Shown here: piece by piece, positions 24,864 through 27,976 of the stretch | Numbering within the stretch: the stretch's first letter is position 1 | Layout of the letters: every line of letters begins with the position of its first letter | Source: Armatimonadota bacterium | GTDB lineage: Bacteria; Armatimonadota; Armatimonadia; Armatimonadales; Armatimonadaceae | DNA length: 27,976 nucleotides | NCBI GenBank assembly: GCA_043754515.1 | Contig: JAYUUO010000227.1 | Coordinates: forward strand, 1 to 27,976 | Reading direction: 5' to 3' | Notes under the pieces: model-generated | What the model saw: the letters and a program-made list of their open reading frames with translations, nothing else | Told to the model about the DNA's origin: nothing | Databases searched by the model: none | Translations under genes and position numbers: made by a program

Positions 24864-27089
24864 TTAGCCTTCGCCCCCATCCTCGCGTGTCTCAGCGCCG
24901 TTCGCGCCGCCTTCAATGCGCTTGCGGTCGGCACTAGCCGGAGCATAGGCACCAACCGAACTACGTTTCTTTCCCGTGCCGACGGGTGCGTAGCCGCCCT
25001 TCTTCCCGCTCGGCGCGTATCCCGCCCCCTGGTAGTACTTGCCGTAGTAGTAGTATCCGCCGCCCGCGCCGTCCATCCGGTTTAGGACCGTGCCCAGTAT
25101 ATTGGCATTACCCCGTGCCAGCATCTCCTTCGCGCGTTTAACGGACGTCTTCTTCGTGTCCCCGTATCCGATCACAAGCAACGCGCCGTCCGTCCGGGCC
25201 GCGAGTACCGTGGCATCCGCCACCGCGAGTGCCGGGGGGGTATCGAGCAGGATGACATCGGCACGTGTTTCCACCTCCGCGAGGAAGCGTCCCATCGCGG
25301 CGGAGCCGAGAAGCTCGGCGGGGTTCGGGGGCGGCGATCCCGCCGGGATGAGAAACACCCCCTCAACCGTTGTAGTCCGGATGACTTCGTCAATGGTGTG
25401 TGAGCCGATCAGTATGTCAGTCAAACCCGGCGATGCGTCTACCTTGAACAGGTGATGTTGCGACGGTCGCCGCAGGTCAGCGTCAACGATGATCACTTTT
25501 TTTCCGTCCATCGCCATAGCCATAGCTAGGTTGGCACAGGTAGTTGACTTCCCCTCGGCGGGGACGGAGGATGTCACTACCATGGAGCGCACTTCATTCC
25601 CGACCGCCGCGAAGTTGATGTTGGTACGTAAAGTCCGGTACGACTCCATCAGCGGGGAGAAGGTAGAAATGTCGCGGATTAGGCGCAGACCTTCCTCTTC
25701 GATGTTGGGGATGTATCCGAGACTCGGCAACTTGAGAACGCGCTCCGCTTCATCCGCAGAGTTAATCCGGTCGTCGAACAACTCCTGTAGTAGCGCGAGA
25801 CCGAGTCCTAGGAACAGGCCGATCACCGCGGCGAAGATGATGTTTTGAACGCGGTTCGGGCTGACTGGCTCCTGGGGCACCTGCGCCCTATCAATAATAG
25901 TCGTTAATTGTGGGCGCGCCGACATACGCATGTCGAGGTCGCCTATATGTTGGCTGGAGATGGCGAGTACGGAGGTCGCAGATTCTTTCTTACGTGTCAG
26001 GTCATTAAGTAACCGCTCGCGGTCAGGTAGTTCCGCGATCCGCTGTTTAGCCTGTTTTACCGCCTTAAGCGCATCTATCATCCGTTGCGTCAACACAATC
26101 GCGTCGGTACTCAGGTCGAGCAGTTTGTCACGCAAGGCGATATAGACCGGATTGTTGGCCGCAGTGCGCTGTTCGTAGGACTTCCGCGCCGCGAGCAGAC
26201 GTCGCTGTAAGTCGTTGATTTCGGAGAGCGAAATCAACATTCGGTCAGTCTCCGGCTGGATGGTCTTCTTCAAGACGATCCGTTCGATCTGCTTATCGGC
26301 TAGACGTTGCTGTAGCGATTGAACGAGCTGGTCCGCGTCCGGGGTCGGGGTATTGGTAAGCGTCGGACGAACGGAGTTCATGTTCTGCTGGGTCGAGCCA
26401 ATACGTGAGTTCAAAGCCGCGCTCTCCGCCTGGATCCCACTGAACTGGTTGTTCGCGTTCTCGAACGCGACGGCGGCGGATTTGCGGCTTTCCTCGAGCT
26501 CCACGATGTTGAACTTGCGTTTGTAGAGCGCAATTTTGGCGTCCATCTTGTCCGCCGTACTCTTGGCTTCGTCGCGCTGTTGTTCGGCGAACTTCTTCGC
26601 TTTTTTCAGGTCCGCCTCACGGCGTTCCTGCATATCCGCCTGGTAGACCTCAAGCAACGTGTTGGTAGCGTCCGCCGCGAGGTTCTGGTCCGGGCTGAGT
26701 GCCTCTACCTCAATGATAGATGTGTCTGCCACCGCCTGAACCGAGAACTTTGGCAGATCTTTGCTGACCTTGTTGCTGACCTTTTTCAGAATCTCGGGGG
26801 TTTGCAACAACTCGACCTGGGTCGCGACGTTGTAGTTCTGGCTGATCTTAAACAGTTCGTTCAAGGGATCCGAGCTGTTGCTAAGGTTGATACCGCTGTA
26901 GGTAGGCTCGATAAGAAGGCGAGCCGCCGCGCGGTAGATGTTGGTTTGGAAGGCTGTCCAGATGATGCCCACGATCAGCACGAACAGAAAAGCCTGCAAG
27001 ATAATGGCGCGGCGCCGACGTAGGATTTCTCCGTACTCGCGCAAGCTAATCGAGGGGGCGTCGTTCAATTCAAGAGATTGTTCGTTCAT
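24864..27089 (-). CDS. wzc: Wzc polysaccharide co-polymerase / BY tyrosine autokinase
   Basis: SLREYGEILRRRR plus TM1, a coiled-coil periplasmic region, PQEPVSP plus TM2, ESYRTLRTNI, Walker A PAEGKST, A' DADLRRP, B DTPP and a C-terminal YYYYGKYY cluster. The start is ATG 27089 (alternatively 27146). Confidence 0.94.
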   Translation of the reverse strand: MNEQSLELNDAPSISLREYGEILRRRRAIILQAFLFVLIVGIIWTAFQTNIYRAAARLLIEPTYSGINLSNSSDPLNELFKISQNYNVATQVELLQTPEILKKVSNKVSKDLPKFSVQAVADTSIIEVEALSPDQNLAADATNTLLEVYQADMQERREADLKKAKKFAEQQRDEAKSTADKMDAKIALYKRKFNIVELEESRKSAAVAFENANNQFSGIQAESAALNSRIGSTQQNMNSVRPTLTNTPTPDADQLVQSLQQRLADKQIERIVLKKTIQPETDRMLISLSEINDLQRRLLAARKSYEQRTAANNPVYIALRDKLLDLSTDAIVLTQRMIDALKAVKQAKQRIAELPDRERLLNDLTRKKESATSVLAISSQHIGDLDMRMSARPQLTTIIDRAQVPQEPVSPNRVQNIIFAAVIGLFLGLGLALLQELFDDRINSADEAERVLKLPSLGYIPNIEEEGLRLIRDISTFSPLMESYRTLRTNINFAAVGNEVRSMVVTSSVPAEGKSTTCANLAMAMAMDGKKVIIVDADLRRPSQHHLFKVDASPGLTDILIGSHTIDEVIRTTTVEGVFLIPAGSPPPNPAELLGSAAMGRFLAEVETRADVILLDTPPALAVADATVLAARTDGALLVIGYGDTKKTSVKRAKEMLARGNANILGTVLNRMDGAGGGYYYYGKYYQGAGYAPSGKKGGYAPVGTGKKRSSVGAYAPASADRKRIEGGANGAETREDGGEG

Positions 27090-27454
27090 CGGCGGTCTTT
27101 CGTTGCGGCGGCTATTAGCACCCGGCGTGCTCGGGACGCGCGGCATGGGTACATTTGCCTAGGGTAGACGGAGTAGTGCCGTTCTATTAGCCTCGTCCCG
27201 TGCAGTCGAGTTTGTTTCTTTCGGCGGTTATTTTGACATGCGTCTATTCCGCCATAAATCGTCGGACAGCTCACCGAGCAGTTCGGGTAGCATTGATCCG
27301 TCGCGCCCTAACTCTTTCGTCAGAAGAGGATGCCGTAAGGCAGACGGTTCCCGGCTTGTGAAGACGGTGATCCGAAGGAGGCCAACTATTAATACTCAAA
27401 CGTCGGTACTCGAGTTCGCCGCCACCGTTTGCGCGCTTCGCACCGGTCGGAACC

Positions 27455-27460
27455 ATTATA
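27455..27460 (-). promoter_or_regulatory. Perfect -10 hexamer TATAAT, possible internal promoter for the wzc operon
   Basis: ATTATA on the plus strand at 27455-27460, within the ~450-nt gap upstream of wzc. No convincing -35. Confidence 0.35.
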
Positions 27461-27545
27461 CAGCATCTCTTCCTCGCCGCGCACGGATCAAACGACATTT
27501 GTCGTCAGTGAAATTTACCACACCTGGCGATAAACTCCCCGCCAC

Positions 27546-27976
27546 TCAATATGCGCCGTCCGCTTTCAACACCGCGGGTATTAGACGCATGAGGATCCAC
27601 AAGTCGGTGCGGACCGAGCGGTTGCGTATGTAGAGCAGATCGTAGGCCACCCACTGATCAAAGCTCAGGTGCGAGCGACCGAGTACCTCGCGCAGACACA
27701 GCAACCCTGGCTCGACGTTCTGCCGGTCGAAATGCCAGTCCTCGTACATCTCCACCTCGCGGGGCAGGTGCGGGCGCGGCCCAACGAGTGTCATCTCGCC
27801 TCGCAGAACGTTGACGAGTTGCGGCAGTTCATCAAGACTAGTTCGGCGCAGAATGCGCCCGCAACGGGTGACGCGGGGATCGTTCTTGATCTTGAACACA
27901 GGACCTGCCGCCTCGTTCAAGGAGGCTATTTTCTCTTTCAACGCGTCCGCGTCACGAACCATGCTCCGGAACTTGT
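27546..27976 (-). CDS. Priming sugar transferase (WbaP/WcaJ-type phosphoglycosyl transferase domain), 5'-truncated by the window end
   Basis: KFRSM (the frame stays open past the window edge), [44 protein letters not shown] and GAY*. Confidence 0.93.
   Translation of the reverse strand, partial: KFRSMVRDADALKEKIASLNEAAGPVFKIKNDPRVTRCGRILRRTSLDELPQLVNVLRGEMTLVGPRPHLPREVEMYEDWHFDRQNVEPGLLCLREVLGRSHLSFDQWVAYDLLYIRNRSVRTDLWILMRLIPAVLKADGAY

Noticed and set aside
27300..27345. c-di-GMP-I riboswitch-like GAAA hairpin followed by GGCGC on the minus strand
   Set aside because: It lacks the GCAAA elements and the second stem of the consensus.
27238..27633. Small ORFs in the gap upstream of wzc (27238-27633 +, 27271-27498 -, 27086-27274 -)
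   Set aside because: They have no motifs or SD, overlap each other, and partly overlap real genes.
1..27976. tRNA, rRNA, CRISPR array, integrase or transposase
   Set aside because: None was recognised by eye. The intergenic regions are short and lack regularly spaced repeats or cloverleaf motifs.

Overview
GC-rich bacterial chromosomal window, possibly Armatimonadota (an inference from gene content, not tested). It has four blocks. (1) On the minus strand, a PilT-family ATPase, an ABC ATPase and an ABC-2 permease/M1 aminopeptidase fusion, closed by a perfect hairpin. (2) A divergent plus-strand cluster: efp, then four tightly packed genes encoding a six-TM protein with a split 8-Cys motif, an AccB-like protein, a type IV (pseudo)pilin and AccC. 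(3) A DUF4419 gene, a hypothetical gene with a probably truncated ribbon-helix-helix tail, and pcrA/uvrD. (4) A convergent minus-strand Wzy-type exopolysaccharide cluster: partial priming sugar transferase, Wzc, Wza/SLBB, Wzy/ligase-like protein, GT4, GT-C, GtrB-like GT2 and two more GT4s. The most unusual feature is the remodelled efp-accB-accC locus. The AccB homologue has Arg in place of the biotin-accepting Lys (EVMRL) and a shortened thumb. AccC has a one-residue insertion in its active-site loop. A Cys-rich membrane protein and a pilin are interleaved with 1-2 nt gaps, opposite a PilT gene. Other points: a GT4 that appears to need a CTG start, a likely TGG>TAG nonsense change, repeated leaderless-type promoter motifs, and an 11-bp inverted repeat bracketing one GT4. 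No rRNA, tRNA, CRISPR array or transposase was recognised.
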